64,000 nt of DNA from Spironucleus salmonicida (lineage: Eukaryota). The stretch spans positions 496,001-560,000 of the forward strand of contig NC_090603.1 of the NCBI RefSeq assembly GCF_000497125.1, written 5' to 3'. Both the position numbers and the translations under genes were made by a program. Below, piece by piece: positions 12,401-26,905 of the stretch (the first letter of the stretch is position 1; each line of letters opens with the position of its first letter). The notes beneath the pieces were generated by a model, which saw only the letters and a list, made by a program, of their open reading frames with translations, was not told the DNA's origin and did no database searches.

Positions 12401-15400
12401 ATTACATTAGCATTTAATTCTACATTAAACCAAAGTAATATGTAAAAATTTAAAATTAACTTTGTTAATTACATTTTTTAATGAATAATAGATAAATGTA
12501 AAGCAGATGTTCCTGCTGGTAAATAATAAAATTGTTCTTTATTTTAGTAAATTGTTGGGTATGCTGTATGTACATTTCCTATAAAAGATAAAAAATACTA
12601 TGCTAAATCTGTCTTATCAAAAACTATAGCATAATGCAGTTATGTAAATCCTTTATATATTTTAAATGTGAAATAAGTGTCATATTTTTCTATTATAGGT
12701 GTTTTTGGTAATTATTAAATCAATATATCAGTTTAAGAATACCTAATTCGAGTTGAAATATTCAATTAGTTATTTAAAACAAATTTATCATAATCAAAAA
12801 ATACAATACTTGGTTAGTCAACTATGAAATAATTCTCCTTTATATTTGTTAACTAATTATTTTATTAACTAGTAATATTTTTATACAACGCTAATTTATC
12901 ATTTATTAAATCTTCATCATCAAAATAATATCCTTTCAATATTTATTAGCAGAATTCTGAATCTTATTAAATAAGCCAATATATGCTTTACTCTGCAATA
13001 TTGAACAATAGCTATACTATTTGTGTCTTAAATGACTTAATATAATCTATTGGAGTTAAAAAATTAACTCGTCTAGAAATAGCAATGTAAAAACTTTCAA
13101 TTAACTTCATATTTTCTGTTTTATTAACTAAAAACGATATTAATAATTAAAGTACTTCATTACTTTATGATTCTAAAATATCAAAAATGCAACATTTAGT
13201 TTAAGGAAAATTCTAAATGAATTATTATTCTTATTGTAGTTCATGGGTCAAAATCATATTAACTTTAAAAACAGGAATAAATTGTCTCTATGCAGCTAGT
13301 CTGGTTAGTATTTATTCATTTTACTCTGATAAAAGAATCTACTGAAGTTTAGAATCTGATTTCATTTTACCAACTATGTAATTGAAAATTTTTTCAGATT
13401 AAGTAATAATTGACACTATTAAGATGTTAAAAGATCCTGAAAATACATAGTATTCTGAACCACTATAAATAATTACCTGAGTTGCTAATTTTTAATACTT
13501 GTAGTCATCAAATAATTAAATCATCATTTCATAAGAATTATTCATAATTGCATAAGCTAATGCATTAAAACCATTAAATATATTAACATAATTAGTATCT
13601 CTTAGTTCTACTTAATTAATATATTTTTTTTAGCAATTTAAAATCTATTTAAAACTATTCTATTAGATGCTGCTGTAAAATGAAGATTTTTAAATAGGTT
13701 AAATAGTTTCATTTAGAAAACTTAAATCCTTTTTGTCTGGTATATTATTTATTTTGCAGAAACTAATATTTTATGGGTTATTATAATACTTACCTGTACG
13801 AAGAATACTTATATCTGATAAACATTAATCTAAAATATCATTAATAATTTAGTCTTTTATCATTTCTAGTTTATTAATTCTAATCATATATGTTACACAT
13901 TACTTATAAAGCTAAATTAATTTGCGTTAACATTCTTGTGTTATGATATCTTAATATTTTTAATCAGATAAAATTAAATTGAGTTAATTTATGAAAACTA
14001 TACAAATATGTATTAAATTTATTTCAGAGATATCTGAACTAAAAACATTTTATAATTAACCCAATAACTTAATATTGTTGCTTTGGACTATAAATTTGAA
14101 AGTATTATTAAAGTAAATAGAATACTTTTTATCTTTATAAACAAATAACTATAAGATCGCTTTAATGCAAGAAGCAAAACTATCTGTATATTCAAGCAGA
14201 GCCATTAAATCTAATAGAGAAATTCCGCCTTAGTTTGTATCAATAATTAAATCTAAATACAATAACTCTTCAGATTAATATTAATGGAAAGGTATTTTTA
14301 ACAGAATATGAATAATATTTTTTATAATATAACAGAATTCTTCAATTTTTCCGGAAATCAACAATAGCTATAACGTTGAAGAATGTGAATGTAAAACTAA
14401 ACCTTAGTCTTCACCCAATCCAAGTGCTTATAAATAATGAGTGGCTTTAGTCCTACAAAATAATTACTAATTTAATATATTCTTTAAATTAAGATTATTT
14501 TGTTAATAAATAGCATAATGGACTGGGTAGAAACCATTATAAATATGATTAGCATAATTTGTTTACCGATTATCCTAACGCATTAAAAACTCATAACAAT
14601 TAACTAATTTTTCATCATAAATATTCTGTATTTCCTACTCCATTTAAACATCTTAAATATATTATTTTTAGTCATTTGTTTCGCTTTTAAGTAATGGAGA
14701 TCCTTCTAAAATGCTAAAAATTAAATTTTTGTTCAAATTCATTATTATATTAATTCTATTTTCTTAAAACTCATCCAAATCAAATTCATCATTTGTTAAT
14801 ATTAACTCAACTGTCTAATCCTTGTCATAATTATAATAATCTCTTTAAACTAATAAACTCTTTGAGTTCCGTAAAAATTTGTCCAAATTAAGCTCATATA
14901 GACGCTAATTTTTCATTTAAATAATTAAAAATGGCTCAAACTACTCTCCTAGATACTTTTCCAGAAGCTCTCGCCAATATCCATCATTATATAAATAATT
15001 ATCAACGACAAATTATATGCTATGTTTGCTCAATTCCTGAATGACAAAATTAGCTTCTTCGCTCTAACATAAATCAATTAAACTATATCCATTTGTATCT
15101 CTTTTGAGACACATTTCAAATATTTTAACAGCAAATTCAATCCTTAAAACAAGATTTTCCCACTTTAACAACATATGAACATTGTTATATTTCACACTTT
15201 TCATCATGATAGAATCGCCACCGGTATCCAAAAGCATCTCATTTTAAATGTAGTATTCATCATCCAAAACTGCATTTCCTGAAGTTCCTTTACTTCTTAA
15301 TGATACTTCAAAAGTTGTTTCACCCGTACTTGTTAAATGACCCAGAAATCTATACTTTAATGCATTTTACAGTAAATATTCAGCACATTTCTCACTATTC

Positions 15401-16707
15401 ACAATGACTGCTATTTGTAGTAAATTACTGCCCTTAGGTACTACACAGTCTCCAAATTCCGTTTTAATTGATATGTTCATTGGAAGGTTTATACAGAATT
15501 CTTCGTCTAAAATCAGCTTTAATACATCTAAATTGTTATATATAACTGCGATTTAAGCTAATACTAACCCATTTTTCTCATTTTTTTCATCACATAGCAC
15601 ACGTCTAAATTATTTCTTATAAATATTAATATGGTCTAAATCATTGCATTAAAACCATATATTGCGTAGTTTTCTAAACTAGACACCACATTTATTGGCA
15701 CTAAAAAGTGCTAGTTCTAACTAGATTCGGAGTCTTCGTCTATATTTAAGTTAATCAATTTTAGCCTCTTTTTGGTCCTTTATCATATCTAATTTATTGT
15801 ATCTAATTATATCTTCCTCATCTTTTAATAGAGCTTAAGTGGCAAGATTCTGGTTTTTAAATTATTCTAATATAATGTCATTTTCAGTTCTAAATTCTAA
15901 ATTTCCAAACTATGTAGATATTACTTTAAGTTTTCGCCAATGGGCAACTACATCAGCAAATAAATTTTTATTTTATGTTTAAATAATATGGTCAAGAGCT
16001 ATCTGAGTTAGACTGAAAGTAATATTGGCACAGTGAACTTTCGTCTCCTAGGTTGTATTAAACTTTTCATATTTCATTGGTGTTAGTGCTAAATTTACTA
16101 AATTTTCTGTTTTTGATACATTTAATGTGAGCTGACGAAAAATAAGCTACTAGACTGGTTCGGAAAACATTTTAGTCTCAATTTTATTCTTCAAGAAATT
16201 AAGCCCTTTTAGTTAACCAAAATAACATAGAATTGATATTAGTGCAGAATCTCCTAGTTCTTATAGAGGAAGTTCTTCGAGCAAGTAATCCTCGTTTTGT
16301 AAAATCTCAAAACTCGGTTATGACGAGCAGCACAGTCCAGCAAACGAAATTGAAGTCATTCCATAAGAGTTCCTGTTTCCAATTTAGAGATGTATTAGCT
16401 CCTTGATTGCGGAATCAGCATTGCGTAAAATTGCAATCATTAGTGCTGTTGACCCTTTACCAAGTGTGTACCGCGTGTCCTATGAAATGGCGGTTACAGT
16501 TAAAACTATATCCTTTTCGGTTCTGAGATGTGCTTCAATGTCCTTCAAGAATCTAATACAGTCTGTGGCGTTTTCGTGAGCTGCATAAAGGAGAGAAGAT
16601 AACCCTGGTGGATTAGCTGATCTAGTATCTTTAAAACTAGGATAGTTCCTAAGAACTACTGAAATGTTGTCGTTTTTGATCGCTAGAAAGTATTCGAAAT
16701 CTTTCAT
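9460..16707 (-). CDS. Giant ankyrin-like multi-module protein (~2415 aa, ~8 modules)
   Basis: Same frame at all spot checks. Recurrent (W)F..a..ND...D.R...GF..LHYA motif about every 0.8-1.1 kb; TALMIA ankyrin motif near the N-terminus. Not every codon was checked. Confidence 0.75.
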
Positions 16708-17187
16708 TTTATAAAATAATATAAAAAGTAAGAATAATAATTAATATTAATTATCAAGTAAATAATGAAAATATAAATTAATCTAATTTAAAGTTTTCTT
16801 ACAAGATGTCTAAAAATAAGTAAATAATTCGGAAAATTTTAATAATTGTTCTGAACTAAAAGATTCCCCGTGAAAAAACGAATTATCCATAGAATAAATA
16901 AAACCTTATTATACTAGAAATAAAACACCTGAATTAAGCTACCATTTTGAGATGTCTAAGCTATGCTTCCAGAACTAAACCCGCTAAGAAAAAACGATAA
17001 TTTACGTTAACTTATGTTATAATAATAGCATCTATAATGATATTACCCAAAACATTTTTTAAAACTCTATATTTTTATTATTTTACATATTGTAACATTA
17101 TTTTTACTCTTCCCCAAAAAATTTGAACGTACTTCTATTATTATAACATAATACTCATATTTCGTTTTATGAATTACGACTCGCTCT

Positions 17188-20100
17188 TCACTCGCCCCAG
17201 ACCCGCCGGTTAAGCAGCTTTAGCCCCTACTGCCACCGCATATCACCCTCAGACTCCTGGTTTTAAACGCTCAGTACCGCCCGCAAAAGGCGGAACTGTG
17301 TCACTTCGAAGCCTGCCTTTTCGAAGTGTTTTTCGTACACAAATAGCTCCGTTTTGGCCAGAATCGACGTCTCAAAGTCACGTAACGGGAAGCGCGCAAT
17401 ATGCGCGATGAAGGTGGCAAGGAACTCCGCGACTAACAGCTCGCGCTACTTTGCGGATGAGAAAAATTGCAGATTTTTCTCGAGAATTTCTCCCACGAAT
17501 TCCGCGTGACTCGGGGTCGAATGAGCATCCAACAGTGTGACCTGCGCGACTGCGCATTCATGTAAGTTGAAAATACCAACTTTTTGATTATGGAAGTCAA
17601 AAACCCGGCAGTGTGACCAAATATGCCTACACGCCGCTGCGAGCGCCTCTATCTGGAGCAGCAGGAGCTGCTACGCTTGAATTTCGAGGTTTTTGAACGA
17701 AATCTGCGTCGAATACGCGATTTTCGGTTACAGCTCCTTCGAAAACTTCGCGCAGGCGAGGAAAACACCCACGAAGATGTTGTTGATAGCCTGGAACGCC
17801 TACTTGCAGAGAGGTATTGCATAGATTTCGTAGCTGTTGTTGTAGATGCTCGTGTTAGCGACGTTTGTAGAAAACCCTATTGGAAGGCCGTTCGACTGGA
17901 GATTCAGATGCTGAAGCGTTTCGCTGAGCGACTTTTTGGAGAGTTTCAAGTTGAGTTCTTCCTGCAAAACCGTCTCCAATATTTTGAACGATTTTAAGTT
18001 GAAGTCCTGGGGCGTTGCAAAAGGAGCTATTAGCGGAAGCTCCTGACCGATTGGTGTATTGGGAAATATCATAGTTTTTATTTAGTGAAACATATTTGAT
18101 TTAAATTGCTACAGATTTTGGTCTAATACTTGAATAATGAATGTATTGGATAGCTGAATTCGTTAAGCTATCTGGTCATTGAAAATTTTAATTATTTTCA
18201 AAAATTAGAGCTAAATCTATATTGGGTATTCGTAAGAGTCTGAAATTTTGGTTGAAAACTTCTAAGACGATAAAATAAATAACCTGTTCAGCTTATCTTG
18301 TTGAAGCTGTACTATTTATAAATGATCTAATACCAATACTGGTGATTATTCGTGATTTTTTAACAAATACTTGAAACTATCAGTTTATAAATTCAATTAT
18401 AACTACATAGTGAGCAATGGGTCCATTTAGAAAACAATTTCTTCTAAAACAATCTATTGCTAAAATAGTTTTTCAAATATCTAATTTAACAGGGGATCCA
18501 AAAAATTACGATTAAATTGTATATTTAACTATTATTTTTTCAGTAACTGCTCATTTTTAAGCTATTGAAAATTCATATCCGATTGAATTGAATCAAATAT
18601 TATATCTGGCCAAGGTTGAGAAATATGATCCAATTACCCTGGAGTTAGTAAGTTTAAATACTTGCTATAATTTACATTATTTTCTCTTAATTCTTAAAAA
18701 TATTATGACATCGTTTCCTAATCAAAATCTATTGAATCTTTTGAAAAATTATTATACTCTGAAATTAAAATTAGCGATATTGGTAGCTTCGGAACCAATT
18801 TGTGCACTAAACTATTAGGTAATATGAGCTCCTATTTTAACTCTAATTCTTCTTATTTTACATCTGTTGCATTATACTATTTATCATAATTGACATACTG
18901 AATCAAGCATTGCTAAATTTTAGTCACTATTACCGTATCTAAAGATTTGTATTTTTCTATTATATCAGCTTCAGTAACATCTTTTTTGTGCTTAATATTA
19001 GGGTCTCTAAAATGTTGGAGATCTGATGCTAGTTTAGAATCTAACTATTATCTATTCATAATCGCTTCCTAAATGGTTTAAAGTGACAACTGCGCAATTT
19101 GAATCCTAGACTTGATTTGTATCACCCTTTATTTGTCATATTCCAAGCTTTCATCCGATAAGATTCTTTATCTGAGATAATCAATAAAATCAAATTCCTG
19201 GTAAACCAACCCAAAATCCTCATACGTAAGAAACTCTTTAAAGAACCCAATTTATGCATTCAAGTCCATATTCAAATCAACATACTCTGTGAAGTCGATT
19301 TCTTTATTCTTCATCTGATCACCGATTTTCTGAATGAAATAATTCTGAGTCTACGGTATCACAATCCGTGACCGGAAATGGTCCAAAAAAGTCTGTACCT
19401 TACATTAGCTGCTCTTGTTTACATTGGATGGGTAACCGAACCTGCTGTTTGCGAAGTCCAGCTTGACCCGCGCGATTTAGATCGCTTTCATTCCGCCTGC
19501 AAAGCGCTTGAACAAGCTTGCAACATAGCATACAACAGTCGCATGTTCCTTCCGGATCAGCCTTGCACTGAAAACCTTAAGTAGATATTCTACACTGAAC
19601 CGTGTGATCTGCTGGAAGAGTTCCTAGTCACCGCACAGTGCACCAGCTAGCCGCAGAATACTAATAAGGATATTTTGGATCCGGTCAAAAAACTATTTCG
19701 CACCCAGGAGTTTCGAGTCAATCATCCTCTGGCTGAAATTAAAGCTGTCCTCCTCCTTGATGTCACGCATTAGCGGCAAGTCGAATTCTGTATCAATACC
19801 CACAACTTGCATCATAAAAATCGCCTCGAAAACGAGGATTTTGTAACGCCAGCAGTCGCCTTCCAGAGCCCTCAGCGTGGTGAAAATTTAGTGCGCAGTT
19901 GGGAAGTTGGGTTGCGGCGTTTATAAGAAGCTGATTAGCTTATAGAACTCACTAGAATATGTGTGAGTGACCGCTTCTGGTGTGAATACCGCAGGGACCT
20001 ACCCGCGCTGCACCTGGCTCAGCACCACGCGACACTCATCAAAAATATCGTATTTCTCGTCTATTTATACCTTTTGGAACTCCTAAATCAGCGATTTCAC

Positions 20101-20697
20101 GGTCGTGCAGGCCCCATTCCAGCGGGCGTTGAACTACTCGCTCTTGAGCCGTAAATTTGTGTTGGAATACAGGGAATTAGAGCATACCAGCTCAGCCTAG
20201 TCGTTATTATTCGTATATTTGATTGTTTTAAAGATTAGGAGCTGCTTCAGAATGAAAATGGACTGCGCCCGGCGGAAAGGGTTGCGCATCTGATATCGGA
20301 AATTTGGTGGGATACAGTATTTGGGCGCCAAAAAATCTGATTTTAGCGAGATTAAGAAGTGCTGTGCGGCAACGAAGTCTAAAAAAATTTGCAGGAGAAA
20401 GCGGCTCTTCTGCAGGTTCTCCAATGACGAGTTTATTTAAATCGTCTTTGAAATCAGTAGGTTCAGTTGCTCGGTAAGGGGTTGAATATGTTCTATGGAG
20501 TAGATATCTGGTGACTGTTGCTACTAGATGATGAACTGTTTGTTATCGAAAATGTTCTGGTTATTTGTCTAATACGCAGCATCTAATTAGCCTAGCTGGT
20601 CTTGAAGCTAAGGAATAGTCGTTCCAAAATTAATTTAAGCTGTGGAGAACATGTCGTCGAGCACTTAATTGGCCTGCGATGTCGCAGAAGCATTCAT
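17188..20697 (-). CDS. Large hypothetical protein (~1169 aa)
   Basis: AAAATG start. Track fragments 20197-20424 and 17800-18072 share its frame. Ends GAG-TGA. Confidence 0.7.
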
Positions 20698-21175
20698 TTT
20701 TATATGGTAGTATGTTATAATATTATATTATATGCAAATAATTAGTGTGGAAAAATGCTTTTAATACATATTATTGCTGTTTTCAGTCAACGCAGCTCCA
20801 ATATAAATTATATAATTAATCGCTTAAATGTATATTACATATAATGTATGCTTTCTAGAGGGCTATTTAGTATTGTATTTTAATCTATTTTTTTTCTGTT
20901 ACTTGTCTATTAAATGCATTAAAATATTTATAAATCTAGCTTAGTAATAATTTATTTAGTCAAATTATAGATTCCTTATTACTAATTTAGTTATTTATAT
21001 AGTGTTAGTATTATTGTTATTCAATAATAACAATAATCGGCTGAAAAGAGTTAGTTAGTGAAAAAGTTAACATAAATAAATATTATTTCTTAATTAATTT
21101 TGTGATACAATCATCCAATATCACCTGTAAAATATATAAAGAAATGTTAAATATAACTTAACTAAAATATTAATA

Positions 21176-22852
21176 TCACTTTGCATACTCCGGATTTTCA
21201 GTTACCAGGGCGGTTGAGTTGTTAGAGTTCATGCGGTGTATAGGGGCGTCCCGGAGGGGCATGACAATGGAGTTTCTCCTAGGAATGTCGTTACGCTTCT
21301 TCATAAAGAAATACACGCCCAGCCCCACCAGCGCTACCACTATCAGGGCCATGATCACTATTCCGGCGATCAGCCCCGAGGACACGCTCTGGTTGAACTC
21401 TTGGGTCTCGTCGCAGCCGAGGATCGCGGGGTTGAATGTCTGCCCCTCGGGGCACGCAGTGTTCACACACTCCCCATGCACTATCTCGTACCCAGCCCTG
21501 CACACAGTACAGAATTCATTTTCCAGTGCATTAACTGAGTTACAGACGCTGCATTAAAGCTTTTCGTTCAGTAGATAGGTCACGCATACACATACTGAAC
21601 CCTAGCATGTTCCTCGGCCATCACACTCTTTATCGTTGTATACACAGCTAGAAGGAAGGCATTTACCATTAATCATATGGTGTCCACTTATGCATTCCAC
21701 ACAGCCGCTAGTACTATCTGCATTTGAATCAGTGCAGGCGCAGATACCCGAGGCCTAACATATCCCCTGGTTATTACATAGAGTATCTCCGGTTATGCAT
21801 TTCTTAGGGCGACAGTCGCGGTTGGAGAGGGTTCCGAAGTATACACTCCCTTCTAGGCAGGAATAACATCCCTTACGAGGGTCATTATATACGTATTAGC
21901 CACAGCTGAGACATACTAACTCTTGACCAACTATCTTACACTCTCCACGATTATAGCATGAGCCACGTGGTGATTTACAGAGGTTTGCGCCGCAGATGAG
22001 CTCGTCCTGATAAAGCTATGATTGGCCCTCTAGACATTAACAATAATGACCATTTGTCTTGTTAGCACAAACGCATTTGTTCAAACTTATTCCACCACAC
22101 TTACCGTTCCCACTACATATAGTGTCATTGATCACACATGAAGGGTTTGCACAATCCCTCTTACCGTTAACCTAGATCATTCCATCTGAGCAAAGTTCAC
22201 AGGTCTTTCCGGAATAGCTTAGTTCACATCTGCACTCTAGTGTCTCCATATCACACTTACCGTGATTGTTGCACTCAGACTATCCGGTCTTGCAAATATC
22301 AGCAATGCACTATCCATTGTGCAGCTAGAATCCGGTCTTACAACCTTTGCAAGACAAAGCAGAAGAGAAGTTCCCTTCACACACGCAGAAGCCGAATCTG
22401 GAACATTTACCTTTGCCGTTGCACACGGTATCTCCTGTAATGCAGGAATCATTAACACATACCCGGCTAGAAACCGGGCCAAATATACTGGCTCCATCTA
22501 GACAACCAGCACACCCTTACCGGGGGTCATTGCTGGTGAATGATCCACAGCCATCGCATACAAACTCCTTCTTGGATAAGCTGATTTTCAGTATACACGT
22601 AGATCTTCCAAAACATTGTCCTCTTGGAGACTTACAAAAATTCTACGCACATTCAAGCCCATCTTATCTTATCTAAATAAATCCAGGCTAGCATTAACAG
22701 TAATGTCCTGAGTACCCAGTGTTGCAGACACATCTGTTGAGACTTATTCCGCCACACTTTCCGTTATTGCTGCATATTGTCAAACTAGCTGTCACGCATT
22801 CGTTGGCTATACAGTTTCCGTCGATTAAAGTTTAATTTAATGGGCAGCTCAT
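21176..22852 (-). CDS. Cysteine-rich membrane protein with EGF/tenascin-like repeats, C-terminal TM helix and 41-aa tail
   Basis: CSNNGKCGGISLNRCVCNTGYSGHYC-type repeats, TM GLIAGIVIMALIVVALVGLGVYFFM, tail KKRNDIPRR...NPEYAK. 558 aa. Confidence 0.88.
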
Positions 22853-23708
22853 TTTTAATTTAGGGTGGATTGATAAGTATTATATTAATTGTAATAATAT
22901 GTACTTATTAAATTGTGAAATTTATTTAAAAACAAAATAACGTATTTATTTACTATTTATATTAATCATAGAATTAAAATATGTTTATATGTATAAATAT
23001 TTATTATACTCCTATTTATGAAAAATAAATAAATTTGGATTTTAAAAAGTTAGACAAATATTATAAATAAATTCATTCTTAACTTTAATACATTTTTATG
23101 TTAAACCAATTTTCACAGGAAAACGGAATTCTTTATGATAATTGTAGATAATATTAGTTAATAGTAAACATATCTTTTTAGATATACGATTAAATTAATA
23201 ATCTTTAAGTACATTTCATATTAATATATGCCAATTCAGGTTTCTTTAAATATAATTAATTTTATACTATATTACTAACATTTATATTAGTTTATGCAAT
23301 ATATTTATTTTTATTAATAATAGACAACATGAATCTTATTACATTTATTATTCACCAATTACCATTATTACTTGATTCTAAATTTTTAATAGTTGCACGA
23401 CTTAATAAAAATAAGGATTTAGACTGTATATATGCAAATTTGTAATATTAATCTGCCGCTAGACCTTAGTCTAAATAAAACTACCTAATCAAACTATTAG
23501 TATTTCCTTGAAAATAATTTCTTGTATCATAAATCTTAAATCTAAGTGATAAACAAAATAATAACTATAATTTATATTATCAGAATTGTTGTCTTATAAA
23601 CTAAGCTATTTGATTTACAGCATCCTCATCCTTATTTCCTTTCATTGAAATTTATACAAATACCAATATTATATAGTATAGTATGTATTATTTTCCTTTT
23701 CACACCTA

Positions 23709-24782
23709 ATGGAGTATCCTTAACTAATCACTCAAACGCTTTAAAATTCCTTAGTATTTGATTTTGGTTCGTATACAACTAAAATAGGTGATTCAGATTC
23801 TCCTGAACCCCTAAATATTTTTCCATCAGCCGTTACAACTACTGGCTTAATAGGCGATGCGTTAACGCGCAACACTGCTCCAGAAATTCAGTATTTTATG
23901 AAAAATGGAGAACTAACAGACTCTGACTTATTAGAGGTATTCTTAACATAGTACTAAAAGCAGCAAAATTTTCAATAACCAACTCTAATAACAACTCCAT
24001 TTTTCACGCCAAAACAATAAAAATTCGCACAGGCCTAGCTATTTTTCGAGAAATTTGATTCACGCGCTCTCTATTTTTATGATTCTGAGGCTGCTTCTGC
24101 CGCCGCAGGAGGACTTACAAACGCCATAAATATCGATTTGGGATATGGAAAATCATCAATTTCCTGTATTCTGGACGGCAAAACGCTCCATAATTCGAGT
24201 ATTTTAATGAACTTGAACGGTGAATTAATTATGAATAATTTGGATTTAAAAAGCGAAAAATTGAATTTGATTCAATCTATGTAAATAAAAACGGATATTC
24301 TCGCGGTTGTCGCCCGAATCGGAGAAGAAGCCGGTCAATGTCAAATTCAAAACGAATTTCCACTCCCTGATGGCACGATCATCCAAACTGGAATTTTGAG
24401 CGAACTGGAAGGCTTTTTCTCTCCTTCTACGTAAAAGTTGACCCTGGGCAACAATTCGCTCCAATTTAACGTCTTCAGCGTCCTCTAGGCGCTGCCAGAT
24501 TTCAGCCAAAAGGAGCTCCTCATGAACATAATTCCGACCGGCGGACTCTCGAATATTCAGAATATCAACAGCAGAATACGAACCGAGGTTGAGCAAGTTT
24601 GCGGTTTGGCAGGCAAAGTTCGCATAAATTAGCTGAACAACGGAATAACGAGGAAGGATTGCGCTAGCTGGCTCGGGGGCAGTATTTTAGGCAGTTTGAG
24701 TATTTTTGGGTATTTGTGGGTCAGCAGAGGCGAATGGGACGAGTTTGGCGACAGTATTTTTGAGAGAAGGGGGATGGTTTGA
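23709..24782 (+). CDS. Actin-related protein (Arp4-like)
   Basis: LVFDFGSYTTKIG phosphate loop, IDLGYG, ASWLGGSILGSLSIFGYLWVSRGEWDEFG C-terminus. Confidence 0.85.
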
Positions 24783-24990
24783 TGGTGTGCGAGTGATGGT
24801 GAAGATTTTCAATTTTTGGGGGACGAATACTAATGCTAATCACTTTGAATGCGAAACAAAATATACATTTTTATCATTACGAATTTGTATAAATATATAA
24901 TAATATAAATTTTGTATATTTTTGTATATTAGTATTATGAATATTACATGTATAATAATGATATTATCGAATTTAATTCTTTCTATATAA

Positions 24991-26547
24991 ATGCATCAGT
25001 ACAATATGCCGAAATATGCTGAGACTTACAAGTTTACTGGATCCTGGTGGTCTCCTGAAAAAGAAGCATTATACTTACCTACTGCTAATACCATTGTAAA
25101 TTAAGGTGAAATATTTAAGGTTTTAGAGCAGGGAAAGAAAAAATCTGATGACGCCGCCTATATTGCAAATGTCATCGACGCGGCTCTTGACCGTGCTTCT
25201 CTAAAATCTAAGGCTGCATGTGAACTTAAAGATGAGTTTGTGCAAGGTTTGAAATTAGAAGAAGCTTCAGCTTTATTAAACTGTGATTATAAGAAGCACC
25301 CCGAGCTTAGAGAGAAGTTGTATGCTGCTGCTTTAGATGTCAAAAGACGTATTTATGGAGATAGAGTTGTACTATTTGCTCCTATTTATACTGCTAATTT
25401 TTGTTCTAATTCATGTTTGTACTGTGGTTTTAGAGGAGCTAATGCTGAATTAGAAAGAGTGGCAGTTAGTGATAAAGAGCTTAGCTTAGATGTTGAGGCT
25501 CTATTGGAAGAAGGCCACAAACGAGCTGTAATGCTTTGTGGCGAGCATCCTAGGTATAAATTTGATGATTTCTTAAGATAAGTCAATGTAGCAGGAGATG
25601 TTAGAGATTCGAAAGGTAGCGATTTAAGAAGAATTAATGTTGAAATTCCTCCTCTTAGTTTACATGATTTTAAAAGACTTAAAAACGAGGGTAACAAAGT
25701 TGGTACATTTTTGAATTTTTAAGAAACATATCACAAACCTAGCTACGAAAAATTTCACGAAAGTGGACCTAAAGCTGATTACTAAAATAGAATATCTGTA
25801 TTTCATCGAAGTTTGTTGGGCGGATTGGATGATATAGGACTAGGTGTACTATATGGACTATATGATTATAAGTTCGACACATTAGCTATGATAGCTCATG
25901 CTAACCATCTTAATGATACCATGGGCGTAGGACCTCATACAATTTCTGTTCCTAGAATTAGACCTGCTAATAATGCTCCTGTTAGCGAAAATGTTCCTTA
26001 TCCTGTAAATGATGACTAGTTTAAAGACTTAGTTGCTATACTGAGATTATCAGTTCCTTATACTGGTATGATTCTTTCTACTAGAGAAAACTAATAAATG
26101 AGAAAAGATTTACTAAATTTAGGTATCTCTTAACTTTCAGCGGGTTCTGCTACAGATCCTGGTGGTTATGCTGCTAGAAAAGGAAACAAGAAATCAACTG
26201 CATAATTTTCTCTTGAGGATGAGCGCCCTCTTTAAGATGTTGTTTAATCTCTTATTGAAGATGGATTCCTACCTTCGCAATGTACGTCTTGCTATGGGCT
26301 TGGACGTACTGGAGAAACATTCATGAGTTGGGCTAAAACCGGTGATATATAAAATTATTGTCTGCCTAACTCTCTTATTACGTTATAAGAGTATATGGAG
26401 GATTATGGTTCGAAAGAAGTTAAAAATTTAGGTGCTAAACTTATCAAAGAGTAATTAGAAGTTATTGATGATAAGAAAAGACTTAAGGCTACTAAAAATA
26501 TTCTTAAATAGGTAAAAGAATCCGGTCTAAGAGGAAAGCTGTTCTGA
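24991..26547 (+). CDS. hydG: [FeFe]-hydrogenase H-cluster maturase HydG (radical SAM)
   Basis: FAPIYTANFCSNSCLYCGF (CxxxCxxC), RRINVEI, FQETYH, GPHTISVPRI, and C-terminal PSQCTSCYGLGRTG...YCLPN (CX2CX22C) that distinguishes HydG from ThiH. Confidence 0.95.
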
Positions 26548-26905
26548 ATATTTTTCTTACTTTTCCTTACAAGTTCTTTTGCATAATCTATAATAAGTAT
26601 AATCTAGAGTTAAGTTCAAACTCATTGGAGTTGGATCACATTTTAGTGATTTTCGATATATTCTTATCTAATTAATATCAATCAGTACTAAATCTTGTAG
26701 TAGAAATTTTGTTGTGTTAATACTTATTTGTCATACATGCTTATTTAATCAGTTAGAATGATCATTAGCAAACATAAAGTTTAATTTCTACAACTTGATT
26801 AAATAAATTATTTTTTAGCTATCTCAATGTTTTATTCTTAATATGATAATAATCTAACAAAAATAAAGACTTATGTAAACTATATCATTAATTATATCAT
26901 ATAAC

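Noticed and set aside
16765..17150. Short plus-strand ORFs between two large genes
   Set aside because: No motifs or codon bias, and lengths are expected by chance with a single stop codon.
24991..26547. Bacterial contamination or ThiH assignment
   Set aside because: The gene uses TAR=Gln, has eukaryotic neighbours, and carries the HydG-specific C-terminal CX2CX22C motif.
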